Source: Alkalithermobacter thermoalcaliphilus JW-YL-7 = DSM 7308 (lineage in GTDB: Bacteria > Bacillota > Clostridia > Peptostreptococcales > Peptostreptococcaceae). Taken from it: a stretch of 32,000 nt of DNA. The position numbers and the translations under genes were made by a program. The notes under the pieces are model-generated. The model worked only from the letters and a program-made list of their open reading frames with translations. It ran no database searches and was not told where the DNA came from. Location: positions 1,650,421 to 1,682,420 of the forward strand of contig NZ_LSFY01000001.1 in NCBI RefSeq assembly GCF_001584565.1. Direction: 5' to 3'. Position 1 is the stretch's first letter. Each line of letters opens with the position of its first letter. Below, in pieces: positions 24,183-32,000 of this stretch.

Positions 24183-25568
24183 CTAGTCAATTACTTGTAT
24201 ATAGTTTAAACTTTCATCTTCAACTCCTGTTATTGTCATTCCAATTTCTTTTAAGTGTATTACATAATCTACTATTTCCTTTGTTATCTGCTCTCCTAAA
24301 GATATAACTGGTATTCCAGGAGGATAAGGTATTATATATTCTCCACAAACTTTTCCTATAGCCTCATTTATTCTTACTTTTTTCTTTTCTTTATAAAATG
24401 CCTCTTTTGGATTTAAAATCTTGTTTGGATATATATTTTTATAAAAATAAGAAATATCTTCATCTCCAATTAAATTATCTATATCTAAAAGAGCTTTTTT
24501 TAATCTTTCAAAGTCATCTTTAGTATTTGCTATACTACTTACCAACAATACTCCACATAAATTAGAAAGCTCTACTTGTATATTATACTCATCTCTTAGG
24601 AGTTGTTCAATTTGATAACCAGATTTACGTATCTTTTTTGTTATTATATATATTTTAGTCATATCGTCATTTTCAAATATAGTTATATTTTTAAGGCTTT
24701 TGCAAAACTTTTTTAGGTCTAATATGTTTTCTATAAGTTGTTTCATAAGGTATTTTCCTTCTTTTTCATATATATTAACTGCCATATCTAAAGAAGACAT
24801 CAATATATACGATGGACTTGAAGACTGTACAATTTTTAAGATGGATTTTAACTTTTTTATATCTACTTTATCACTTTTTACATGAAGCATTGAAGATTGT
24901 GTAAATGATGGAAGTGTTTTATGGGTACTTTGAACAACCATATCTGCTCCATTTAAAATAGCACTATCTACAATAAGATCACTAAGTCCTAAGTGAGCTC
25001 CATGTGCTTCATCTACTAAAAAGTATTTATTTTGTTTTTTTAATAGATCAGATATTCTTTTTATATCTGAAGCTATGCCAAAATAATTAGGAGATGTTAT
25101 GATAAGCCCTTTTGCATCAGAATTTTCATCTAGTGCTTTAGCTACATCTTCATAACTTACTCCCATAGAAATTCCTAACTCTTTATTTATTTTAGGATAT
25201 ATATATATAGGCTCTATATCTGCTAATATACATGCATTTATTACTGATTGATGACAATCTCTTGCAATTATTAATTTATCTTTAGGCTGTGTAACTGTCA
25301 TTATCATAGCATATATTCCACACGTTGAGCCGTTTACTAAAAAAAATGTATAATCGCTTTTAAATACTTTACTTGCTTTATTTAGTGAATCTTTTATAAT
25401 CGATGTACATTCATAAAGATTGTCTGTTCCTGGTATCTCAGTTGTATCTATTTCAGGAATATTTGTGTAAAAATCTTTGTATTTATCAATTAATCTTCCA
25501 TATTTATGTCCTGGTACATGAAATGATACAAGATTATCTGTTATGTCTTTGATTTTTTTGTAAAACAT
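24183..25568 (-). CDS. PLP-dependent Orn/Lys/Arg decarboxylase family protein (YaaO-like)
   Basis: 461 aa. HVPGHK near the N-terminus and QSTHKTL (PLP-lysine). It sits in the syntenic position upstream of tmk. Confidence 0.85.
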   Translation of the reverse strand: MFYKKIKDITDNLVSFHVPGHKYGRLIDKYKDFYTNIPEIDTTEIPGTDNLYECTSIIKDSLNKASKVFKSDYTFFLVNGSTCGIYAMIMTVTQPKDKLIIARDCHQSVINACILADIEPIYIYPKINKELGISMGVSYEDVAKALDENSDAKGLIITSPNYFGIASDIKRISDLLKKQNKYFLVDEAHGAHLGLSDLIVDSAILNGADMVVQSTHKTLPSFTQSSMLHVKSDKVDIKKLKSILKIVQSSSPSYILMSSLDMAVNIYEKEGKYLMKQLIENILDLKKFCKSLKNITIFENDDMTKIYIITKKIRKSGYQIEQLLRDEYNIQVELSNLCGVLLVSSIANTKDDFERLKKALLDIDNLIGDEDISYFYKNIYPNKILNPKEAFYKEKKKVRINEAIGKVCGEYIIPYPPGIPVISLGEQITKEIVDYVIHLKEIGMTITGVEDESLNYIQVID

Positions 25569-25616
25569 ATACTCCTCCTTTAAACTTTATATTTTTTATT
25601 ATACACTTTATTCATT

Positions 25617-25645
25617 AAAAAAAGAGTAGAAATTGCTTTCTACCC
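25617..25645 (-). terminator. Rho-independent terminator after gin/csfB
   Basis: The minus strand reads GGGUAGAAA-GCAA-UUUCUACUC followed by U7. Confidence 0.75.
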
Positions 25646-25649
25646 TTTT

Positions 25650-25841
25650 TTATGAGAATCTGTTTTTCCAAAGACTTTTTATATTATTTTTATAATATTC
25701 CATTTTAAGTTCATCTAGATCTTGTCTTATCATTTCTTCTTCACATCTTCTACATATGTAGTTTCCTAAAACTTCTATTCCTCCTGATTTTTCTTCATTG
25801 CACATATAGCATATTCTATTTCCCATACCATTATCTAACAT
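25650..25841 (-). CDS. csfB: Anti-sigma-G factor Gin (CsfB)
   Basis: 63 aa. The CYMC...GIEVLGNYICRRCE zinc-binding pattern is typical of Gin. It sits in the syntenic position near yaaO-tmk. Confidence 0.8.
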   Translation of the reverse strand: MLDNGMGNRICYMCNEEKSGGIEVLGNYICRRCEEEMIRQDLDELKMEYYKNNIKSLWKNRFS

Positions 25842-25891
25842 ATTCTCATCTCCTTCCTAAAAATTATTATTCCCACTTTTATTTTTTGCAT

Positions 25892-25915
25892 ACAAAAAAG
25901 GGGCATTTGCCCCCT
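25892..25915 (-). terminator. Rho-independent terminator after the DUF378 gene
   Basis: The minus strand reads GGGGGCA-AAU-GCCCC followed by U6. Confidence 0.75.
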
Positions 25916-25917
25916 TT

Positions 25918-26121
25918 TTATGTTAATTCTCTTTTTTCTGTATCTCTAAATAAAAATGTTATAGCATAAATTCCAGCAAGACCTACTAGTATATATACTA
26001 ATCTGCTTATATAACTATACATACCTCCAAATAAAGTTGCTACTAAGTCAAATCTAAAAAGTCCAATAAGACCCCAGTTTAGTGCACCTATTATAACTAA
26101 TAATAAGGCTAATCTATTCAT
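25918..26121 (-). CDS. DUF378-family small membrane protein
   Basis: 67 aa with two TM helices. IGALNWGLIGLFRFDLVA is the DUF378 signature. Confidence 0.8.
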   Translation of the reverse strand: MNRLALLLVIIGALNWGLIGLFRFDLVATLFGGMYSYISRLVYILVGLAGIYAITFLFRDTEKRELT

Positions 26122-26267
26122 AATTTCACTCCTTTTGAAATGATTAATTATTTATTATTAGTATTACAGATATAACTAAAAACATATTAGGTTATTGGAG
26201 CCTTCATAGGATTTTTTATGATTTTTTTCTATTTTTTTCATGTATATTTCCCTGGGAATAGACAAAA

Positions 26268-28217
26268 TTAGATTAAATCTTCGACATAACATCTCAATAT
26301 TTCTGCTACAGACCAAGCTTGAGCAAAACATCCTCTAGGAATTATAGGTTCATTTCCATCAAATATCTCTGCTATCTGACCTACGCACTGGTCTTTTATG
26401 TGATCTTTAAAAGGATCTATAAATTTCTTTATAAGATTATCACTTTTTCCATATACTTTTACATATGCAGTTATAAAGTGCCCTATAAGCCAAGCCCATG
26501 TTGTTCCTTGATGGTACGCTGCATCTCTTTTATATCTATTTCCTCCATATACTCCTATATATTCATCTTCATAAGGACTTAGTGATCTTATTCCATATGT
26601 TGCGTAAAGTTCTTTATACACTCTATCTACTATATACTTATGTTTTTGACTATCTAATACGCTATAAGGTAAACTTACTGCAAATATCGCATTAGGTCTT
26701 ATTTTATCGTCTTTAATATTTTCATTTATAACATCGTATAGATATTTTTTATCTTCATTCCAAAACAATTTATTAAAGTTTTCTTTTACCTTTAAAGCTA
26801 TATCCTCATAATATGAATAATCTTCTTTAAATTCTTTACAAAGGTATTCCATAACCTTTAAAGCATTGTACCAAAGAGCATTTATCTCAACTGCTTTTCC
26901 ATGTCTTTCAGTTACTACCCAATCATCTACCTTTGCATCCATCCAAGTCAATTGAGTTCCTTTTTCACCTGCAGTAATCAAAAAGTCATTATCCATTTTT
27001 ATATTATATTTTGTTCCGTTTATATGATAATTTATTATTTCTTTTAGCTTTGAGTATATGTTATTTTTTACAAAATCATAATCTTTTGTGTATTCTAAGT
27101 ACTTATATACACCATAAAAATACCATAGTGTTCCATCTACTGTATTATAAAGTGGATCATATCCTTCATCAGGAAACATATTAGGAATAAGGCCTTGATC
27201 TAAATAGTTTATAAATGTAAGTAAAATTTCCTTTGCATCATCAAATCTTTTTGTAAGTAAAGTAAGGCCTGTTAAAGATATCATAGTATCTCTTCCCCAG
27301 TCTGTAAACCAAGGATATCCTGCTATTACTGTTTTAGTATTTGTAGATTTTCTATAAACTAAAAAGTCATCACATGCTCTTACTAATTTGTTTGCAAATT
27401 CATCTTCATAGTGTGCTTTTTTTACTATATCTTTATATCTTTGTTTTACATTTTGTATCATTTTAAATCCATCTAAGTCATCGAAATCTTTTGTAGATGC
27501 AATAAATGATATTTTTGTTTTAGTATTTGGATTTATTTTAACTTCAAAATACCCTGGTATAAAATGATAATCTATAGGATCTAATCCTCTGTATTCTTCG
27601 TTGTCATAATACATACCTTCAAACCACTTTTCGCTTTGTATATATTCTCCAATATCTGTTTTAATATATATGTTTATTTTTTCATTTTCCTTTAGGTTTA
27701 ATCTAACTCCATTTTCTATTTCAAACTGTTTGTATATAAAATCATTCTTCTTAGAATTTTGATGATGATCTTTATAATTAGTGAAAGGATATAACCTAAA
27801 AATAAAGCTGCTATCTTTACTTTCTATTTCATATGTAACTACAACTTTATCTTCTTTATATACAAGAGCTATTTCCTTTTCTATAAAAATATCTTCTACT
27901 GAATATATAAATTTTGGAACATCTTCAAATATAAACTGTTGAAGATAAAGATATCCTTTATTTTTTATTCCGTTTACTGTTTTGTTAGTGCCTAGATAAT
28001 AACTTTTATCACCTATTATTATTTCTTCATCTAATTTAGATAATAAAACAGTTCTATTAATAGGTGGATTTAAAGAGACATTTAAAAGTGCATTATATTT
28101 TCTTATATTACAATTTACTATGGTAGATGATGCAAAGCCTCCAAGTCCATTGGTAAGTATCCACTCTTTTTGGATACCACTTTCATAAGTTTTCCAATCC
28201 TTTTTTCCAAATCTCAT
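26268..28217 (-). CDS. Glycogen-debranching-enzyme-type amylo-alpha-1,6-glucosidase family protein
   Basis: 649 aa. The N-terminal GDE_N-like region starts with GLGGFASST. The C-terminal (alpha/alpha)6 region carries GYPWFTDWGRDTMISL...TWMDA...HQGTTWAWLIG...AQAWSVAE motifs. Confidence 0.85.
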   Translation of the reverse strand: MRFGKKDWKTYESGIQKEWILTNGLGGFASSTIVNCNIRKYNALLNVSLNPPINRTVLLSKLDEEIIIGDKSYYLGTNKTVNGIKNKGYLYLQQFIFEDVPKFIYSVEDIFIEKEIALVYKEDKVVVTYEIESKDSSFIFRLYPFTNYKDHHQNSKKNDFIYKQFEIENGVRLNLKENEKINIYIKTDIGEYIQSEKWFEGMYYDNEEYRGLDPIDYHFIPGYFEVKINPNTKTKISFIASTKDFDDLDGFKMIQNVKQRYKDIVKKAHYEDEFANKLVRACDDFLVYRKSTNTKTVIAGYPWFTDWGRDTMISLTGLTLLTKRFDDAKEILLTFINYLDQGLIPNMFPDEGYDPLYNTVDGTLWYFYGVYKYLEYTKDYDFVKNNIYSKLKEIINYHINGTKYNIKMDNDFLITAGEKGTQLTWMDAKVDDWVVTERHGKAVEINALWYNALKVMEYLCKEFKEDYSYYEDIALKVKENFNKLFWNEDKKYLYDVINENIKDDKIRPNAIFAVSLPYSVLDSQKHKYIVDRVYKELYATYGIRSLSPYEDEYIGVYGGNRYKRDAAYHQGTTWAWLIGHFITAYVKVYGKSDNLIKKFIDPFKDHIKDQCVGQIAEIFDGNEPIIPRGCFAQAWSVAEILRCYVEDLI

Positions 28218-28237
28218 ATTAAAGCCCCCTTAAATTA

Positions 28238-28257
28238 AGCTCCCAAAAGGGAGCTTT
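28238..28257 (-). other. Intercistronic hairpin between permease and glucosidase genes
   Basis: AAGCTCCC-AAAA-GGGAGCTT. There is no clear U-tract, so it is probably an mRNA-stability or partial-termination element. Confidence 0.4.
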
Positions 28258-28260
28258 GAT

Positions 28261-29097
28261 CTATTCTTTTACACCACCAACAGTAAGTCCTGATACTATA
28301 TATCTTTGGAAAACTAGATATAATATTGCAAGTGGTGCTGCAACTATTATCGAACCTGCGGCAAATAATGGCCAAGGTATATTTCTAGGATCTGATGCCC
28401 ATTGGTAAAGCCCCATGGCTAAAGTGTATTTATCTGGATCTGATATGAATAAAAATGCTGCTGCAAAATCTGTCCAAGGAACTATGAATATAAATAGTGC
28501 TGTTATTGCAAGAGCAGGCTTTGATAGTGGAAGTATTACATTTAAGAATATTTGAAGTTTATTAGCTCCATCAACTAATGCTGCTTCTTCTAAAGATTTT
28601 GGTATTGTATCAAAATATCCTTTTAAATTCCAAATAGAAAACGCCATAGCTCCTGCAGAGTAAAGAAGGATCATACCTATATATTTATTAAGTAGTCCAA
28701 ATGTTCTAAAAATTCTAAACTGACCTACCATAGCAGCTGTTATAGGTAACATCATTAAAACTATAAAAAACATAAGCCCAACTTTTTTTCCTTTAAAATC
28801 AAATCTTGAAAATGCATATGCAGCTATGGTTGCACAAAATAAAGTCAATAAAGTTGTTCCTACCGAAAATATAATTGAGTTTCTAAGCCAGAGTGTAAAG
28901 TTTTTATTCCTAAATACTTCAATAAAATTGTTAAATGTAAAGCCTTCAGGAATAAGCGAAATTTGTGTTGATGCAATCGAAACTCTATTGCTAAGTGCAG
29001 TATTCAAAACCCACCAAATAGGAATTATTGTAAGTATACACGCTATAATCAGTATTATATGGCTTAATATAAGGCCTAAACTTATTTTTTTCTTCAT
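28261..29097 (-). CDS. Carbohydrate ABC transporter permease (MalG-like)
   Basis: 278 aa with 6 TM segments. The EAA loop is LEEAALVDGANKLQIFLNVILPLSKP. Confidence 0.9.
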   Translation of the reverse strand: MKKKISLGLILSHIILIIACILTIIPIWWVLNTALSNRVSIASTQISLIPEGFTFNNFIEVFRNKNFTLWLRNSIIFSVGTTLLTLFCATIAAYAFSRFDFKGKKVGLMFFIVLMMLPITAAMVGQFRIFRTFGLLNKYIGMILLYSAGAMAFSIWNLKGYFDTIPKSLEEAALVDGANKLQIFLNVILPLSKPALAITALFIFIVPWTDFAAAFLFISDPDKYTLAMGLYQWASDPRNIPWPLFAAGSIIVAAPLAILYLVFQRYIVSGLTVGGVKE

Positions 29098-29109
29098 AAT
29101 ATCACTCCT

Positions 29110-30318
29110 TTATTCATCAAAGGCCTTTGATACTTTTGTATTTATAGTTGTAAATATTGCAAGGATTATAAATGTTATAACTGAATAAGTAGCAGCTAAT
29201 GAATAGTTTCCTCCAACTAAAGCATTATACTGATAAGTTGCTATAAGTTCTGTTGACTTATTTGGCCCTCCTCCAGTTATAAGGTAAACTACGTTAAAGT
29301 TTGTAAATGTCCAAATAGTACCTAATATTGTAGCTGGAATCATTGTAGGTTTTATTAAAGGTAAAGTTATCAGTCTTAACTTTTGCATAGGCGTTGCTCC
29401 ATCTATATCTGCTGCTTCATATAAACTTTTAGATATACTTTGAAGTGCTCCTGTTGCTACTAATATCATAAATGGAAATCCTAGCCAAATATTAGTTATT
29501 ATAACAGATACAAAAGCCCATCTTTCGTTTATAAGCCATGGAACACTTGGAATTCCTACTGAGTTTAAAAGTTTATTTATAAATCCAAACTGTGAATGGT
29601 ACAGTATCTTCCAAATAAGAGCTGTTATAAACTGAGGTACAGCCCAAGGAAGTATTAGTATTGTTCTATAAAGTCCTTTCATTTTTAAATCTTCTCTATT
29701 TAAAAGCAGTGCAAGGAATATTCCTATAGTAACATGGAAAAATACATTTATTATTGTCCAAATTATTGTTCTAAAAAGTACCTTAACAAATTCAGAATCT
29801 AAAGACTGTAAAGATCTTTTATAATTTCTAAGGCCTACAAATTTTATAGGCTTGTAAAATTCTTTATTTTCTAATCTTTCATTTAAATACTCAAGTTCAT
29901 TTTTATATCCTTCTATTTGTATTTGTTTTTCTATTATTCTTTTATTTATCTTTGGATCGTCCTTATTTTCATTTAATCTTTCTATTTCATTTTCAAGTGT
30001 TGAAATTGTATTTTTTACAGATTGTATCTTAGATTTTGTTAGATTATCTCTTTGCTCTTCGTATATTTTAAGTTTTTCTTCGTATTTTTTAACTAAATCT
30101 TGTCTGTTTTGTTTTTTAGCAGCATCTATAATATTAATTGTATTTTCCATATTACTTTGTATTTCTTTTATTCTATTTTCTTCTCCCATAGTGTATAAAT
30201 TTACATTTAAAAACGATAGCCATATCCCATAAAGTATTGGTCCAAAAGATATTATCATTACTATCAAAAAAGCTGGTATTAAGTACAAATATGCTATTTT
30301 ATTATCTTTTTTAACCAT
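29110..30318 (-). CDS. Carbohydrate ABC transporter permease (MalF-like) with ~110-aa coiled-coil insertion in the first extracytoplasmic loop
   Basis: 402 aa. The EAA loop is YEAADIDGATPMQKLRLITLPLIKP. The charged heptad-like segment at aa 44-155 lies between TM1 and the conserved GLRNY motif. Confidence 0.85.
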   Translation of the reverse strand: MVKKDNKIAYLYLIPAFLIVMIISFGPILYGIWLSFLNVNLYTMGEENRIKEIQSNMENTINIIDAAKKQNRQDLVKKYEEKLKIYEEQRDNLTKSKIQSVKNTISTLENEIERLNENKDDPKINKRIIEKQIQIEGYKNELEYLNERLENKEFYKPIKFVGLRNYKRSLQSLDSEFVKVLFRTIIWTIINVFFHVTIGIFLALLLNREDLKMKGLYRTILILPWAVPQFITALIWKILYHSQFGFINKLLNSVGIPSVPWLINERWAFVSVIITNIWLGFPFMILVATGALQSISKSLYEAADIDGATPMQKLRLITLPLIKPTMIPATILGTIWTFTNFNVVYLITGGGPNKSTELIATYQYNALVGGNYSLAATYSVITFIILAIFTTINTKVSKAFDE

Positions 30319-30340
30319 ATTGATCTCCCTTTCTTAGAGT

Positions 30341-30365
30341 AAAAGGGCCTTTAAGGCCCCTTTTT
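30341..30365 (-). other. Stem-loop after the binding-protein gene (differential operon expression element)
   Basis: The minus strand reads AAAGGGGCC-UUAAA-GGCCCUUUU, located between the SBP stop and the permease SD. Confidence 0.5.
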
Positions 30366-31623
30366 ATTTACCTCTCATTTCCTTTATTTTGTTTATTATA
30401 GTATTTCTTGCGTTTTCTACTGCTACTTGTGGAGTTTGTTTTCCGCTTAATACTTCATCTACCATAATTTGAGCTGGCTCCCATACCTGTGCCATCTCTG
30501 GTATACTTGGTATTGGTTTTGCAAATTTAACTTGATCTTGTATAGCTTTTATTTTCCAGTTATCTCCTAAATCAACATTTTTGTTAGCTGGAACGTGACC
30601 TGCTTTTTCTGCAAATATTTTTGATATTTCAGGAGATGTCATGAATTTCATAAACTCAACTGCGCCTTCTTTATTTTTAGCTGCTTTAGGTAAGAATAAC
30701 ATTTTTCCTCCCATAAAAGGCTCAGCTTCTTTATTAGTTTCTGAAATAACTGGATAGTTAGCTGCTCTCCAGTTTATACCTGATTTGTCTAAATCTCCAA
30801 AAGACCAAGGTCCATTTATCATCATAGCTGCTTTTCCTTCTGTAAATAGGCTCATCATAACATTGTAGTCTATTTCTTTTGGTATAACTTTCTTTTCATT
30901 TCTTAGAGTATTTAGGAAGTTTAAGTATTTTACTGTAGGCTCAGTTTCAAACCCTATGTTTGCATTTTCATCTGTAAATATATTTGCTCCAAATCCTGCA
31001 AAGAAACCTTTGTTAAAGTAGAAATTGCTTATATCCATTACAAATCCATATTTTCCTTCAGCTTCATTAGTATGTTCTACTGCTAATTTTATTAACTCAT
31101 CAGTAGTTTTTGGAGCCTCTTTTATTAAGTCTGCATTATATATAAGAACTGGAGATTCTATAGACTCAGGAAGAGCATATAGCATACCTTCATATGTTCC
31201 TGCTTCAAGTCCTGACTCTATATAATTGTCTTTAACATCTGCTAAATAAGCATCTAAAGGCTCTATTTGATTTAGCGTTGCAAATACTCCAACCCAGTCA
31301 TTTGGACCTAAGAATAAGTCTGGAGCTTCTCCTGCTTGCATAGAAGCTTTTAATTTGTCTTGTAATTGTTCAAATACTACTGGAACAGGATTAACTTTAG
31401 CTTCTGGATATTTGTCTTGGAATAATTTTATTACCTCTTTAAGTGTTTCTTCTTCTGCTCCTGACCAACCATGCCAGAATACAATGTCCCCCTTGATTTC
31501 CTTAGAAACTTCCTTTTCTAATTCCTCTAAATTTACCTCGTTTTGATTAGAGCATCCACTCAATACTCCTGCAAATATAAGAAGTACTGACAGTATCATG
31601 CTTAATTTCTTAAGCAGTTTCAT
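30364..31623 (-). CDS. Maltose/maltodextrin-type ABC substrate-binding lipoprotein
   Basis: 419 aa with a signal peptide and lipobox (LSGCSN). It has a family-1 SBP pattern (WHGWSGAE, PDLFLGPNDW, MMINGPW). Confidence 0.88.
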   Translation of the reverse strand: MKLLKKLSMILSVLLIFAGVLSGCSNQNEVNLEELEKEVSKEIKGDIVFWHGWSGAEEETLKEVIKLFQDKYPEAKVNPVPVVFEQLQDKLKASMQAGEAPDLFLGPNDWVGVFATLNQIEPLDAYLADVKDNYIESGLEAGTYEGMLYALPESIESPVLIYNADLIKEAPKTTDELIKLAVEHTNEAEGKYGFVMDISNFYFNKGFFAGFGANIFTDENANIGFETEPTVKYLNFLNTLRNEKKVIPKEIDYNVMMSLFTEGKAAMMINGPWSFGDLDKSGINWRAANYPVISETNKEAEPFMGGKMLFLPKAAKNKEGAVEFMKFMTSPEISKIFAEKAGHVPANKNVDLGDNWKIKAIQDQVKFAKPIPSIPEMAQVWEPAQIMVDEVLSGKQTPQVAVENARNTIINKIKEMRGK

Positions 31624-31656
31624 TTTAAAACCTCCCTTTAGTTTAATATATATTAT

Positions 31657-31672
31657 TATGCAATCGCTTGCA
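31657..31672. promoter_or_regulatory. LacI-family operator palindrome upstream of the ABC operon
   Basis: ATGCAATCGCTTGCAT has 15/16 dyad symmetry with a central CG. It lies 34 nt upstream of the SBP start and directly downstream of the LacI-family gene. Confidence 0.5.
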
Positions 31673-31688
31673 TAAAGCCTAAAAAAAA

Positions 31689-32000
31689 TTACTTAGTAGA
31701 ATCTCTAAAAATAATTTCATAATCTACTACTAAACTTTTTGACTTATCATTTTTATCTATTGAATTTATAAGTATAGATGCTGCACTCATTCCTAATTTC
31801 AAAGGATTAACATCAACAGATGTAAGTGTTGGAGTTGAAGTTTTTGCTAATATACTATTATTAAAGCTTGCTATAGATATATCCTCTGGTATTTTTAGAT
31901 TTTTTTCTTTTATAGCTTTTATAACTCCAAGTGCCATAATATCATCTGCTACTATTATTGCATCGGGTATATTTTCTAAACTTAAAAGCCTTTTAGCTGA
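31689..32000 (-). CDS. LacI-family transcriptional regulator, C-terminal sugar-binding part only (N-terminus off window)
   Basis: The frame stays open to the window edge. ...IIVADDIMALGVIKAIKEKNLKIPEDISIASFNN...TSVDVNP..LG is the periplasmic-binding-fold core of LacI/GalR regulators. Confidence 0.8.
   Translation of the reverse strand, partial: SAKRLLSLENIPDAIIVADDIMALGVIKAIKEKNLKIPEDISIASFNNSILAKTSTPTLTSVDVNPLKLGMSAASILINSIDKNDKSKSLVVDYEIIFRDSTK

Noticed and set aside
26176-26241. 21-codon minus-strand mini-ORF (MKKIEKNHKKSYEGSNNLICF) after the glucosidase gene, with AGGGAAA upstream.
   Set aside because: It is too short and too compositionally ordinary for AT-rich DNA. It has no terminator or other supporting signal.
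31657-31672. Reading the palindrome ATGCAATCGCTTGCAT as a CcpA cre site.
   Set aside because: It deviates from the cre consensus TGWNANCGNTNWCA at both W positions. It fits better as a dedicated LacI/MalR-type operator next to its regulator gene. Dual use cannot be excluded.
1-32000. Search for CRISPR arrays, tRNA/rRNA genes, long direct repeats or prophage and integrase signatures.
   Set aside because: I saw no regularly spaced direct repeats, no cloverleaf-capable GC-rich 70-90 nt islands, and no integrase, recombinase, capsid or terminase-like ORFs. The only mobile-element signature is the tnpB remnant.

Overview
Low-GC (roughly 27-30% by eye) chromosomal segment from a spore-forming Firmicute, probably class Clostridia. 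It is densely coded and almost all genes lie on the minus strand. The backbone is the conserved origin-proximal housekeeping and sporulation neighbourhood known from Bacillus subtilis. Read along the minus strand from high to low coordinates, the order is: csfB(gin) - yaaO-like decarboxylase - tmk - holB - yaaT - yabB(trmN6) - yabC(rsmI) - abrB, then metG (with a Met-specific T-box leader) - tatD - yabE-like - rnmV - rsmA(ksgA).

Three things interrupt that backbone:
1. About 8.7 kb lies between abrB and metG. It carries a tightly coupled NurA-like nuclease / HerA-like ATPase operon, sspH, pncB, an MtnX-like HAD phosphatase, spmAB, three tiny hydrophilic ORFs and a cytoplasmic Zn-phospholipase-C-fold protein.
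2. A solo IS605-family tnpB sits between tatD and yabE. It has an in-frame internal deletion that removes the RuvC-I motif. A structured, GC-richer tail consistent with an omega-RNA / right end runs up to the yabE start.
3. A TlpA-like thioredoxin-fold lipoprotein gene sits where yabA would be.

The left end holds a partial M20 peptidase, an orphan Cache-type histidine kinase with a degenerate ATP-binding domain, and a very acidic repeat protein in the position where Bacillus has yabG. The right end holds a LacI-regulated maltodextrin-type ABC uptake operon (SBP, two permeases, no ATPase) followed by a glycogen-debranching-type glucosidase.

No rRNA, tRNA or CRISPR array was seen. All family assignments come from reading motifs in the translations, not from database searches. 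The NurA-HerA pair is my best candidate for an uncharacterised system. The truncated TnpB with its RNA tail next to the yabE operon is second.
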